Source of the DNA: Klebsormidium nitens
Lineage: Eukaryota; Plantae; Klebsormidiophyceae
DNA length: 64,000 nt
Reading direction: 5' to 3'
Assembly (NCBI GenBank): GCA_000708835.1
Contig: DF237454.1
Span: 3,647-67,646 of the forward strand
The translations under genes and the position numbers were made by a program. Under the pieces are notes generated by a model. That model was not told the origin of the DNA, searched no databases, and saw only the letters and a program-made list of their open reading frames with translations. Positions within the stretch are counted from its first letter, which is position 1. Every line of letters starts with the position of its first letter. This document shows positions 12,843 through 24,652 of this stretch, piece after piece.

Positions 12843-15800
12843 CTAGTCGACCAACTGCTGCACAGTGTCTGAGAATGGGAAGGGGAACGGCAACAACACG
12901 AGCAGGCCAAACACGAGCGCCGCTATTCCGAGGGCTTTCCTAGCGTTGTCTGGCTCGCTTATCTCGTCCGAGTGGGGCGGAACGGGCCCTCGTTGGAGGA
13001 ACGCGGTCAACACGACGAAGTACAAAGAAAGGTCGTTGAAAATTCCCGCAATGCCGAGGAGAAGGTACGAGACGAGACTGAACGTGCCCCAAAGCTGCAG
13101 AATGTGAAAAGCGGACAGGGTTCAAACCTCGTCTTTTACCGCGCTGAGCACGTCAGCATTACGATAACCGAGGAGGTTATAGAGCTCCGCAAAGATGAAG
13201 ACGGGTACTCAAATGCTACGGACGTGCTGCTGAGCGACTTCAACAAATGTGGCGATAATGCTTGTACTTTGTTGTGTTAAGCGCGTCAGGAGCGCTACCT
13301 CGAAACCTGGCTCCTCGGTGAAGGTGCTGAGACGAACCGCGCTTGATGCGAAAACTGCATCGCCTATCTGGAGATTCGACTCAGGGAGCAAGCAATTGAA
13401 GGAAGCAGACAATCTAAGCAGGAGCGCTTTGTCACAGGACTTGCTGTACGGAAAAGGCAAAAGGACAAAAAGAAAGGAATAGGGAATACAGTGACGGCAA
13501 AAACTAAATAAGGACGAAGAACGGGCCCACCTTCCGTCCAAAGAGGCCGAGCGCCAGCCGGCCGCCGTCGAGCTCCCCGACGGGAATAAGTTGCAGGGCG
13601 TTGACCGTGAGCGCCGACCACGCCGCGAGCGCGACCGGGTTCATCGCAATTGGCTTGCCCTCCTGGAGCGCATCTCCGAGGAGCAGCTTGGCTGCAAAAT
13701 TTAGAGGAGAAGACATATGTTACTGATCCGCGAAATATCCGTAGTTCCCCAGAATCGGACCTGATCGAATCACAAGCTCACGGACCACCCAGGTCAGGAA
13801 CGAACTGCAAATCAGCATGATTGGCTTGCCCTCCTGGAGCGCATCTCCGAGGAGCAGCTTGGCTGCGAGAAGAAGCGTAAATATGGGTGACTACAAGCTT
13901 GCATAAGACTTGAGGCGTACGGGAACCTTCACCCGGAGCGGACCGGACGAGCTACGAGATGATGAAGTTCTTAGGTCAGGAGCGAAGATGGGGCAAAGCC
14001 GCGCATGTTAGAGCTTCAAGTTCTCGGTGCTCTACGGTACCGTTCAGGAAGAGAGGAAAGATGCTTTCTTCAGATCCAGGGAAGCTAGCTCTAGAAAGAA
14101 GCAGATGTGAAAGGCCGCGAAGAAATTTACGAATTTGAGTAAGCGATGAACTTCAGACTTCAGAGGTCAGTCGCTTGGAGCCAGTCAGTGCACGATAAAC
14201 GAGAAATACCCCGCAAAGGAATCAGATAGCAGATCGCGAAAACAAACGTCCTCACCTAGACCCCCGGCCAAGAACGAGTCGTGGAACACCGACGCATCCA
14301 CCACGGTCGCTACCCCTCCGGGAGGTGGCAGTGTAAACCCGGCTAACAATAACCCTAACCCAACCACCGCCCCGAGCGCTGGTCCCGCTGCCGCAATCTC
14401 GATCAGAACCGACCGTTTTGGGAGGATGCTTTTGATCTGGGTGATCGCACCGAAAGTGCCCAGCTGGAGGCCCGGGATGAAGAACGGCACCCCCAGCTTG
14501 ACACCGTGCCGTCTTGCGGCGATCTGGTGCCCGAGTTCGTGGGCTGCGAGGACGCCGAGAAGGGCCACGGAACTTGGCCAGGTGTCAAAGATGGCCTTGA
14601 GGATGGGGGTGGCCATTTGGTCGAGCGGGAGGCTGCAAGGAAGGATGGGATACACTACGGATCTTTGGAAAACACTTGATTCACGATGTGTTGACGAGAA
14701 GCAGCAAACTGGGAAGGATAAGGGAGATAGTGTAAAGTCGGAAGGACAAGAGAGAATGCGAAACTGGAAGGACAAGGGAAAATACAAAGTCGATAGGCAG
14801 GTGCTTGAACGAGACGTTCGTTCTTCAGCAGTTGACAAGATTAAGCATCTAAGTAGCATGGCTGCACTTCAGAGGGGAGGTGTGGTAGGGCGAAAAAAGC
14901 TCTCAGAAGCGATATTTGTTTGACGTGGCTGTCGAAAGTGGCCCAAGAACCGGGCTTTCCTGCCTACACAGCGGTTCTCTATGTACTCACCCTTCTTCGA
15001 AGATGACCCCGTTGCGGATGAAGATAGTCGCTATGGTCGACGTGGCGAAGATAGCGGCGGATAGAAGTTCGGGCACGGCTGCAGAAAAACACAGAGCCCA
15101 TGAAAGCCCGGCAGGCGGCTCGGAAAGCATTCCGGCGCTCGGTTGTGACGTCTGCCGTGTGTAAAATTTGATGGTTGGATACGGCCAACTTACGAGGAAA
15201 CTCCTAGCTTGTCAGCGACTTCGCGTGCATGTGAATACCAGCGGATGGGGAATAAAACGGCGGAGTCCATGAGCCTTGCTGGCTCTCGAATAAATACTGG
15301 CGATGGGTGCCCCCCTCCCGATACCAGCAGATTGTCAATGAGGGGAAGTTTGGTCGCTCAAGAAGAAACTCAGGATGGAATATGGTCCGTCGGATAAACA
15401 TCTTCCTGATACGCAGATAAACAAGGGTATCTTAAGGCGGCTCCCTGGACGTGAATCAATGCTGAATGTCCATGTTATGGATGCCCGCACGAGTAGGAAA
15501 GAGCGAGTAGCGGAGCGCGAAGCCTTACGAGCTTGGCGAGGCGTGATGGCCGCCTTCGGGATGACGACAGCAGACGGGTTGTCGTCCTCCGGGTTTCTAA
15601 GCAGGAAAAACTCGTACTCGTCTCCGTACTTGTCAGTCAACCGCTTCCCGATCTTGGCATGAGCTTTTGCGGCGTCCCCGCCACGCAGGTTGCCCTTGAA
15701 GAGCACGCCTCCCTGCGGATATATTTTGAGAGACTCAAGCAGGGGGACGGTGGCATGGAATCGTGATTGATATTTCAGGGAATCTTGTTTTGCAATACCA

Positions 15801-17921
15801 GACTGTTGCTGGTATTGCCAGCACATAAGGGGGCAGAACGGGTGCAAGGTAAGGGAACCTCGATAATAAGGTTGTGAGCGAGGAAGAGATACGAACGCCC
15901 TTAATCAGAGTCGTATTAAGGCTGACCACTTGCACTTTCTCAGTGACACCAGCATCAAAGATTATCGGTTCTGTTGTTGCGCTCGCATGTCGCAACTTGA
16001 AACTGACGGATTGTCGAGCAATCTCGATCTTGCTTGATTCGGCAGTGCTGATCGCAAAAACCAATTCTGTTAGAATGAATGTTGTAGGCTCTTCCATGTG
16101 AGAGGTTTACAATCGAGGCAGAGCACAGCGACTTGAAGCATCAAGAGAGCAATGAATGCCCGTTGAAGCGAAACCTGACATCCTCGAACTTGAGAGCGGA
16201 TCAAGCAGCTTCTAAAGTCTCCTCACTTCGTCATGTCAGATGAATGTAATCTATTGCTCTGACACCTCTCAAAGAGACTTGACACCAGAACCTCACCTGA
16301 GGAAACGGTTCCTGGCCGGTCACGAAGAAGGTGTCAAACCCAAAGACCTGCGTCTTCAGGACTTCTATGACGGCCTTTGGCAACGGCAGCGGGATGAAAT
16401 CGGGGACTTTGGGGGGCTGGTCCTCTGGCGGCTTTGCAGAGCCGTCCTCTGAACTTGTTTGCTCTTCCTCTTTCTGGACAGAAAAAATCTTTGTCGTCAG
16501 GACTTGGACACAAATGGAGCATGTGCATTGACCTGAAACCGAGGGGGCTGTCAGTTGTCAGGCTCATAGAAAGGTCAGCCAGCTCGTTGTTCTACAGCAC
16601 TTCGTGCAGGCTGATCAGATTCATGCGAAGGTGGATACAGATTACTTCGAACATGTTAAAGGTGGCGCAACAGAGAGCGCCAATCATTTTTCGCAAGCTA
16701 CTTGACTTTCCCACTATTCAAAGACGTCAGGCTTATAGGGGGTGATTTGAATCCCCTTCGCAAGCTGCTTGACTCTTCGGCAATGGATAGACGCCAGGCT
16801 TTTAGAGGGGCAATCAGCAGAACTCATCGATACCCCGACCAAACTTCTCACAAAAGCTAAGCAGCCATTTGGACCGAGTGGACCAGACACCAGAGCTCAG
16901 GCAGACAGCATTTAGTGTTTGCAGTGCCTTCTCAAAGGAACTCATACTTGTACTCCTGATTTCGAAGGGGCGTCTTTTGAGTCGCACCTTCCTCTCCTCC
17001 ACCTTTGTTTCAACGGAGCCGCCTTCCTTGCCCTTCCCTTCCTCCTCTGCTCTGCAGACCCCCGCCCCATGCCGTTTGTTACTCCCTAGAGTTGGTCGGT
17101 GGGGTAGGTACGGAATCCTGCAATTCAACCAATAACAATCAAGTGTTGATCTATACCAGATCTGCTTGAGATATGTCAGGTCCTGATTGAAACAAACAAT
17201 CTTTGTCATATTTTTGCTGCCAACTGGTTGCTTTCTGCTGATGCTCAAAAAGAGGGGCATTGGACTCGTCACACTTTCTTCACACGAGCAGTGTCCAAGC
17301 ACACTTTACTACGACCCAAGCTCCGATCAGCTTTTCTCAGTGGGTGCTAAGCATCTAAAACCAATGAGCATTCACACGTGAATGTCAGCATTGCAGCTAC
17401 TGAAGGTGAGGAAGTCACATACAGGATTACTGAGCGATTGGCGAGTAAGGCCATTGATCGGAAGTTAGAGACATGGTCTGGTGATCCTACTTGAGATGGT
17501 GGCACTTAAACGCCTTCTCTAAGTCACCAAGTGCAAATGTCGGCTTGTGCTTTGAGACTCCGCTACGTAAGCAGGTTAAGGATATCAACATGCCCACAGT
17601 AACTTTTCAACTGCATACATACACCATGCCTCGGAAGCTGTGACTCCAATACCCAGACTCTTTAGATTGCTCTGAAAAGTTCATACTTTCTGCACGTTCC
17701 AGAAAGGCTCACCCCTTCTTTGAAGCAAGAGAACTCTTGTGCCCCGCTGCAAGCGGCAATGCAAAACACCGCTGGCCGCTTTGCTCATTAGACACTCTGC
17801 ATGCAGGACGCAGCACGCAAAATTGAGTCTGTCGACCTGTAGTCAAAGAATGCTGACTGCGGGACAGCTTTTGGAGGGGGCAAATTTGGAGCTGGAGTGC
17901 GCACACGTTGGAGGCCGCCAT
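12843..17921 (-). CDS. EGY2: Chloroplast site-2 (M50) zinc metalloprotease, EGY2-like, multi-exon
   Basis: Transit-peptide-like exon 17921-17713. Later exons encode LKTQVFGFDTFFVTGQEP / GGVLFKGNLRG, the HELGH zinc motif, NALQLIPVGELDGG (NxxPxxxxDG) and terminal FLQRGPVPP...LLPFPFPF (13094-12843). Confidence 0.88.
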
Positions 17922-18603
17922 TGTTCAAGTCGCGTAACCCAGGTTTGTGCAGAGCGCTGTGGAGCTTTGGTTATGAGTTGACCCGCTATTTGGTGCGAAT
18001 GACCCTCTGCAGCCAGCGCTCAAGAACAGTGCGTAACGCCGCTGCGTAGACTTGCGGTTGTGTTACAGGTCGTTGCTGATTGCCACAGACCCGGTTAGCT
18101 CCCCGGTTATCCCCTGACGTCCTTTTTGCTGCAGCCTTGCAGGGTTTCAACATTCAACTTCAAGGTGCATGCAGCCTGCAACCAGTGCAAGAACTTGAAG
18201 ACGTGCTCCCTCACCTGGTTCCTGAGTTTCTCCAACGCCTTGACTCTGAGCCTCAGACTCAGAGGCAGAGTCAAGTTGAGGAGATGGCTGGTCAAATGGG
18301 CGGAGCCGAATTGAGAGTTTTGCAACGCTGGCGAAGCTGCCTTTCCCAGCACCGGAGGTTGCAATCCCGCTCTACGGTCAATGGTGCGAATGAATTGAAA
18401 GGGTGCAAATGCTGATACCCAATGCAGCTCAGTCAGCTTTGAAGCGCCAAGAGAGAGGCTGCATCTTTCGAATGTTGCTGCATGTAATGCTCTGAGAAGA
18501 AAGCTGGAAGGGACAGCATTTGAACCCTCAGTTGATGGTCTATCTCCGGAGGCTTTTGTAAGCATACGTGCAAGGTGAACTTGCGACACTGGAAATCAAA
18601 GCG

Positions 18604-21600
18604 ATGACCCTTTTCCCGCTGTTTCAGTGGCCACTTAGGAGCACACTAGCAACTTCGGCTCTCCTTCTCTTCAGCTTAGGTCTTAGCTCAGCGTCCTCAA
18701 TGGGTGAGCCTCAGGTCAAAAGGTGGTATGTTGAAAAGAATGCATTTGGGGCAGGGCAGCCTCCAAAGCAGTTACGATTGACTGCACCTGAGATGCCCCA
18801 CCAGTATCCTGTGCTCATATTTCAGGTGAGATGGCATCTGTGCTTCTTCAGCATTGAAAAAAGTTTGCCTCCAACTTAAAACAAGCCCCCTTCACTTGCA
18901 CAAACACCGGTGTTGCATCCTCCTGTAGAAGCTGTGCTTAGAGTGAACTTCTTCTTGAGAAGACGTTCTTGTTTCCCATCGACCCCTGACCCTGGCTCAA
19001 TCTGGTCAAAGCATGGACGACTTTTGAAAGAGGGCCCTCGACGGTTTTGTTGTGTGAGCAACCCCACTATGGTTTGTCACATCAAACACGTGAGCCAGCA
19101 CAAAGCTTGCAAGCTTACTACGCACAGCCCGTCACTGATGCATCCTCTTCAATCGATTCAACAGTTTCTCCATACCATTGTAGCTGTCAGTGTGCCCAAA
19201 GGTGGTTGCGACTGAGCTTTTAGAACTTCAGACATGAATATAAGTCAATTTCCGGGGGAAAGGGCACTGTGGTGGCTTCCTGATTCTCTGATCGTCCTGA
19301 CTATCACATACATGTAATTTGTCTCGGCAAAAGTGGTGTATGTAATTTGTCTCGGCAAAAGTGGTGACACTGTCTATAAATGCTGTTTTGAAACCATATC
19401 CGGTAATATCGCCTTGGTCCTCTTGTGCCCGCTCAAAACAGATTGCTGCAAGTAGGTCATTGTCCATATCATGTCATGTTGTGAACATCTTGGATGGGTT
19501 TCAGAAAGATCTCCCCTCTGTTGAAAGTGCAGCGCTTTATGGCATGAGTCAACTCCAATAGTCTGCTATCTTGATCTTTAAAATCTGCTATATATCCAGT
19601 CCTGTCAAAAGAAGGGTCTCCCCCAACAATTGGACCGACCAGGAATCCTTATAGCAAAAGCTTGTCCAAGAATTTTGCAAAGACATTTCAGATTGTAACT
19701 GTGATCTTCTACTCATGCAGCATGGTACCAGTATGTACACGGCTTGGTACTCCACCATCCTCGACCACGTCGCGTCCAGAGGCTACGTTGTCATTGCACC
19801 TCAGGTAAACCTTTTTCCCTGCAGAGGAGACCAGGCCCGGTTTAAGAAGAATCAGATGGCTAGTCTCCCTTCTCGATTGGACAAATTCTGGTCGAAATTT
19901 CGAGCTACTGCCCATGGCTGAGTCCTGTGAACCTCTCCCCCTTTGTGCTTTTCTTGCGAAGTTATGTGGCTACTTCAAGACAAACTGTTATGTTTTTGGA
20001 CTTGGCAAAATGACCAAGTGCTGGTAGAGGAGGTTACTGAGGACCTCTCTTTATTTTCAATCTCAACGAGTGTCTCAACTTTTCCCTGCCAGTGTCGTTG
20101 CCAAGCACCGGTCACAAGATTGCGACTCCTTTTGTTGCAGAACGATCGCAGGGCCGTAGTATCCGCAATCCACAGAACCACGCCCCTTGAAGCCGATGTC
20201 ACGAACTTAACTCAGATGATCAGATGAATTTCTGCCAAGTTTCAGCTCTGCTTGAAACTCTCCCCAAATCATCTTTCCGTGCCAGATGTACACGATCTGC
20301 CCGCCAAAGTCCACGGACGCGAACGAAGAAATCTTGGAGGCGGCCGCCGTCATCCACTGGATCTCGTCCAATCAGGACAAGCTGGGCCTGCCCCTGGGGG
20401 TCACTCTCGACTTCGACAAACTCGCGCTTGCAGGTACAGAACCGTCGGGCTTCATCTCGAAACTACTTTGAGCGTCTTTTGCTCGATTGATTCGGAGCGA
20501 TGGGTATCCACTCTGGACGCTTGTGTTTCGAAAAGAGTTTCTTGAGGTCGTGCCGACTTGGTGCAAAGCGGCAGTGTCGAAATCCCAATCGACTTGGGCT
20601 TGTCGAATCCTGCGAGCCAGGTGTCTCTGCTCCTGGTTTCTAGGTCACGCTTCCTTACCTTTGGAGAACTTATTTCCGCCGCTGCTGTGGGCTTTCTGAC
20701 TCCAATATCCAGTTTCGGCGTTTTCTGGTGTTGACAAGAGTCAAAGAACGACAACGCTCACGCTTTCCTTACTAAGTGTTCGTGGTATTTCGACGAAGCG
20801 CCCAGTGAAGTGACGTCTGCTCCGATGGCGACCCTGCAGGGCACAGCCGGGGCGCTAAGGTCGCCGTAGCGCTGGCCAGGAAGCTCCTGAACACTGACGT
20901 CACGATGCGCGCGCTGGCGGCGCTGGACCCAGTCGACGGGCCCAAGAACGGGAACCCGATTGCGAAAGACACGGTGAGGAGTGGGACAGAAAGGCCGCAG
21001 ACTCTTGCTTTTCAAGTCTTCAGCCTCTCAAACTTATCACCTTTCCAGCTTTACAGGCTTCAGCAGCGAACGGAGGCCTCTATAAGTCTTCCGTCCCCTG
21101 CAAGCGCGCCCTAGCCAGCTTACGGACTTGCAGTGGAAGGATTCGGCTCCAAAGCTCTTGGCAAGCCTGCAATAGCACCGGCGCTTATCTAGGGTACAGT
21201 TCCTTCTTTTCTTCCAAACTTACTCCTATGCCAAGCCCCCCATTCTGTGCAGCGCCCGAGCAAAGCAGCGGCCTTCAAATGCTCCACAAATCAGCATTTC
21301 AAGCAAAGCACTCTCCAAAAGGAAGTAATGTGCCAGTTCATCCCAAAGCCCCAGTCAGTAAACCGTCAGCCAAGCCCCCTATTTGTGCCCAAGCAAACAG
21401 GCCACATCCGAATGTTTCAGCGACCACTCCGTCGCTTAGGCGTCCCCCGCCTTCCTCAATGACTCTCGGCTTGGGGGATCTCCCCGACTCTGCCAGAAGC
21501 GTCCCCTCCCCCCCGATGTAACCCTCGATCAAGCCCCCCATCTGTGCAGCGCCCGAGCGAACCGGCCACCTCCGAATGTTCCACCGACCACTCCGTCGAC

Positions 21601-23041
21601 TTGGGTGTCCCCGCCCTCCTGTTCGGTTCCGGGCTTGGGGGATCCCCCACGCTCGGAGGCCTAGCCGGGCCCTGCGCCCCGGCCGCGCTTGGATACGCCC
21701 AGTTCTTCAGGGCGTTCAAAAGCACGACGTATCAGGTGAAGTGCCCATTCTTTACAAAAGCAGAAGCTTCTTGGGCTTGAGTATTTTCTGCTTTTGGACG
21801 CAACAGTACTGATCGGTCCTCCTCTTCTTTCTCTCTTGTCGGAGTTGGTTCGTTTCGTTGTGCTCGTGTTCCGTACTGTCTGAATCAGCGAAGCAAGTAA
21901 CTGAACTGCATGCGGGCTGCAGCAACGGCGATGCGTATGACCTGATGTGAGGTGCCTTCTCTAGTTGTGTGCTTGGAACGGTTAAGACGCGGCACAAGCG
22001 CGCCGTGCGACTCTGGCCTCCTGCAGTCGCTGAAGTCAGTGCTTCCCTCCGTAGTGACGCATTCGAGCGTTGAACGCAAGCCGTTGGTCGTGAGCGAGCG
22101 TGCTAGTGTGACAATTCTCAAGGGACCGCTCCAATCGTTAGGCGAAGGAACGTGCAAGCCGAGCATCGGACATCCCCTCAATTCTTTCTTCCACCCTTCT
22201 CCCAGTTCGTGGCCAAGGACTACGGACACATGGACATTCTGGACGGGAAGAAGGAGGGTTGTCCGTCGTTCTCACGTTTCAAGAATTGTTTGGCGACCAA
22301 GGTGTGCCCGGGGTGTGGCCCCGGGCGGAGCCGCGGGGAGCTGAGAAGCTACCTGGGGGATCTGCTGGTCGCCTTTCTGGACTCTTCCTTAAAAGTAAGG
22401 CGCTTCTTCCCAGTGCCTCCTTGTATCGCGTCACAAGATGGTCGGAGGATCGCTGTTCTCAATATTGCTTGAAACGTTGCCCAGCATAGAACTCGGAAAG
22501 CACGTGAAGTCAGAAGCTACCTGGGAGACCTGCTGGTCGCCTTTCTGGACTCTTCCTTGAAAGTAAGGCGCCCTTCTGCCTTCCAAGAAGGACTTGGAAT
22601 GGGTCGGCGAACGGATCTGACTACGTTCAAGCCGATCCAAATGACTTGAACATCCCGTTGCGAAGTTGTTCGGTACGCGGTGAGGTTTGAAGGGCTACAA
22701 GAAGGTGCCTACTTGCTTGTAATCGTTTCGATGACCACGAGGCATTTGCCGTTTTCTGGCTTCGGTTGCAGGGCTGGCGTCGATTGTGCAGGTTGCTTGA
22801 TTGCCTAACTATTGCCGCGTTCGACCGAGGATGCTGGCGATTGAGTCACTTAGATTTTGTGTTTACGCAGAACAAGCCCGGGGGCTTAGAAAAGCTGAGA
22901 GTGGAGTGGGAGAGCGCTCCCATTGCGGTCGAACAGCCGAAGGTCTATGCCAGCCCCAGTTCGGAACCGGGCCGGGGACCGGATCAGTCCACGTCTCACT
23001 ATGAGAGTCCAACGAGAGTTCTAGAGCCGGCATCAGTGTAA
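18604..23041 (+). CDS. CLH: Chlorophyllase (alpha/beta hydrolase)
   Basis: Exons 18604-18825, 19721-19804 (HG..Y..ILDHVASRGYVVIAPQ), 20286-20433, 20840-20973 (GHSRGAK nucleophile elbow; LDPVDG), 21550-21735, 22206-22394 (DYGHMDILD), 22871-23041. Phases are consistent. Confidence 0.9.
19312..19366. repeat. 28-bp tandem duplication (intronic)
   Basis: ATGTAATTTGTCTCGGCAAAAGTGGTG twice. Confidence 0.95.
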
Positions 23042-23841
23042 CTGAGAATGTTTGATCAGGGTCGAACTGAGCATGTAGTGATTGAACATATAGTGATAGC
23101 CCGATGCAGAATCTCCACAATGGGTGCAAGCAACGAGGCCGATTGGACCTTCCGCGTCCGTCGCAACACGTCGACTCTTTGGGCTGTTCCCCGAGTTAGG
23201 ACGGACTGTCAATTTAAGGCTGAGGACTGGTCCCAGAGCTTGAGCACGCCTTTCACGTCGATCAGCTAGTAGGTCGGCGTGATCAAGCAAAGAGAGCGGG
23301 TCAGAAATAGTTTGGAGATGCACCGCATGCCAAGCATGAAGCCTATATATGAAGACCTGCGGATCGAGGTGGTGATTGCGTCTTGTCAGACCGTCCAACT
23401 TGTTGCCTGCACGCATTATCATGATTGATCGATGCCTTAATGTGAATCATGCTCAACTCGATGTCCCCCGGCCCATGTCGGGACTGCATGGGCGGCCGGC
23501 AATGATGCGTTATATGATCATGTGTTGAGCTAGCTTCTTCTGTTTTCTGTTTTCGTCGGACATGGACGCTAAGGCTCTGAGTCTAAGTAGTTGAAATGAG
23601 TCTGGCCCCAAGATATTTTTCACGGCATCCAGCTGATAACTTAGTTCCCGCGACGGTACCTTCGACAATTGAACTCGGCAAAGAGTCCCAACTTTTCAAT
23701 CACAAGTACGTTGCGCCGCGCTTTAGGCCCGTGCACACAATCATCCCGCAAGAAATTCGTGCTGCGCCAAGAACTCAGTCCTCACTCAGTCCTCACGATA
23801 ATGTCGCGACGTAAATGTCAATTTCACAGCGTGTTTTCCAG

Positions 23842-24060
23842 GGTTTCTCTGTGCAAATTCATTACTTTGACATATTCACGCCTGGGCAGAGCTCTACTGT
23901 GTGGAATTCAAGTTCGTAAAAAGCGTCGGAGCTCATCAGGGGGATGTCCTGAAGACAGCCACCGCACAGAAAGTGCAGGAAGGTATTGCTCAGCTTTGCA
24001 CAAACCGGGCGGGCGCGATCCATCAACGATTTGCAAACAATTTCTTCCTGTATAAGGGGA
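23842..24060 (+). pseudogene. Frameshifted remnant resembling a PD-(D/E)XK nuclease domain
   Basis: FDIFTPG, then a frameshift to AELYCVEFKFVK...AQKVQEGIAQL, giving D...E-x-K plus a helix with a QL motif. No complete gene. Confidence 0.35.
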
Positions 24061-24652
24061 CTTTTAGTATACGGCATATTCGATTGAATGCAGTTAGTGA
24101 GCGGGGAGCTGCTAATGCGACGTACTTCATCATGCTGCTTGCTGGCACCACGTCACCAGAGGGTTTGACATCACTATGTGAATGCAGGTCTGGTTGCGGG
24201 GACCCTTTTCCTTCTACCGCACACTTTCGAATATCCTTGTAAATCATTCATATGTACAGCCTGTCGTAATATTCAGTCAGAAACGATGCAGGAGGACTTT
24301 ATGGTAGGTTTGCAGTGATGCTGCAAGGGCGTTCGCTCGGATTTTCGATCAGACGGTGGCCTTACCGACTCTGGCTCTGGCGAGCACCCGATCCTTGTGC
24401 CAGTTATCATCATAACGGTTATGTCCTTTCGTGTGATTATCAAAGGAAAGTAAGCTCGTCTAGCAGGAAATACCAGAGAGTCAATACGTACATCGCACAA
24501 AGTTTTATTTTGAGACAAGAGTCGTTCTCGACACCTACAAGCCTCCCTTCCTGTGTCCAGCTCGCTCAGGCTCGCCCACCGACCGTTTGACAGGGACACG
24601 TTTGGACAGAAATTAGCTCCTGAACAGACTCTATAACCCAGAAACCGTGACG

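Noticed and set aside
18080-18589. 160-aa minus and 111-aa plus ORFs between EGY2 and CLH
   Set aside because: No recognisable motif or splice context; they lie in the presumed shared promoter/UTR region.
23451-23533. Nested imperfect hairpin ending at CTAG as a Helitron 3' end
   Set aside because: Stems are only 7 bp, the hairpin-to-CTAG spacing is atypical, and no matching 5' end was identified.
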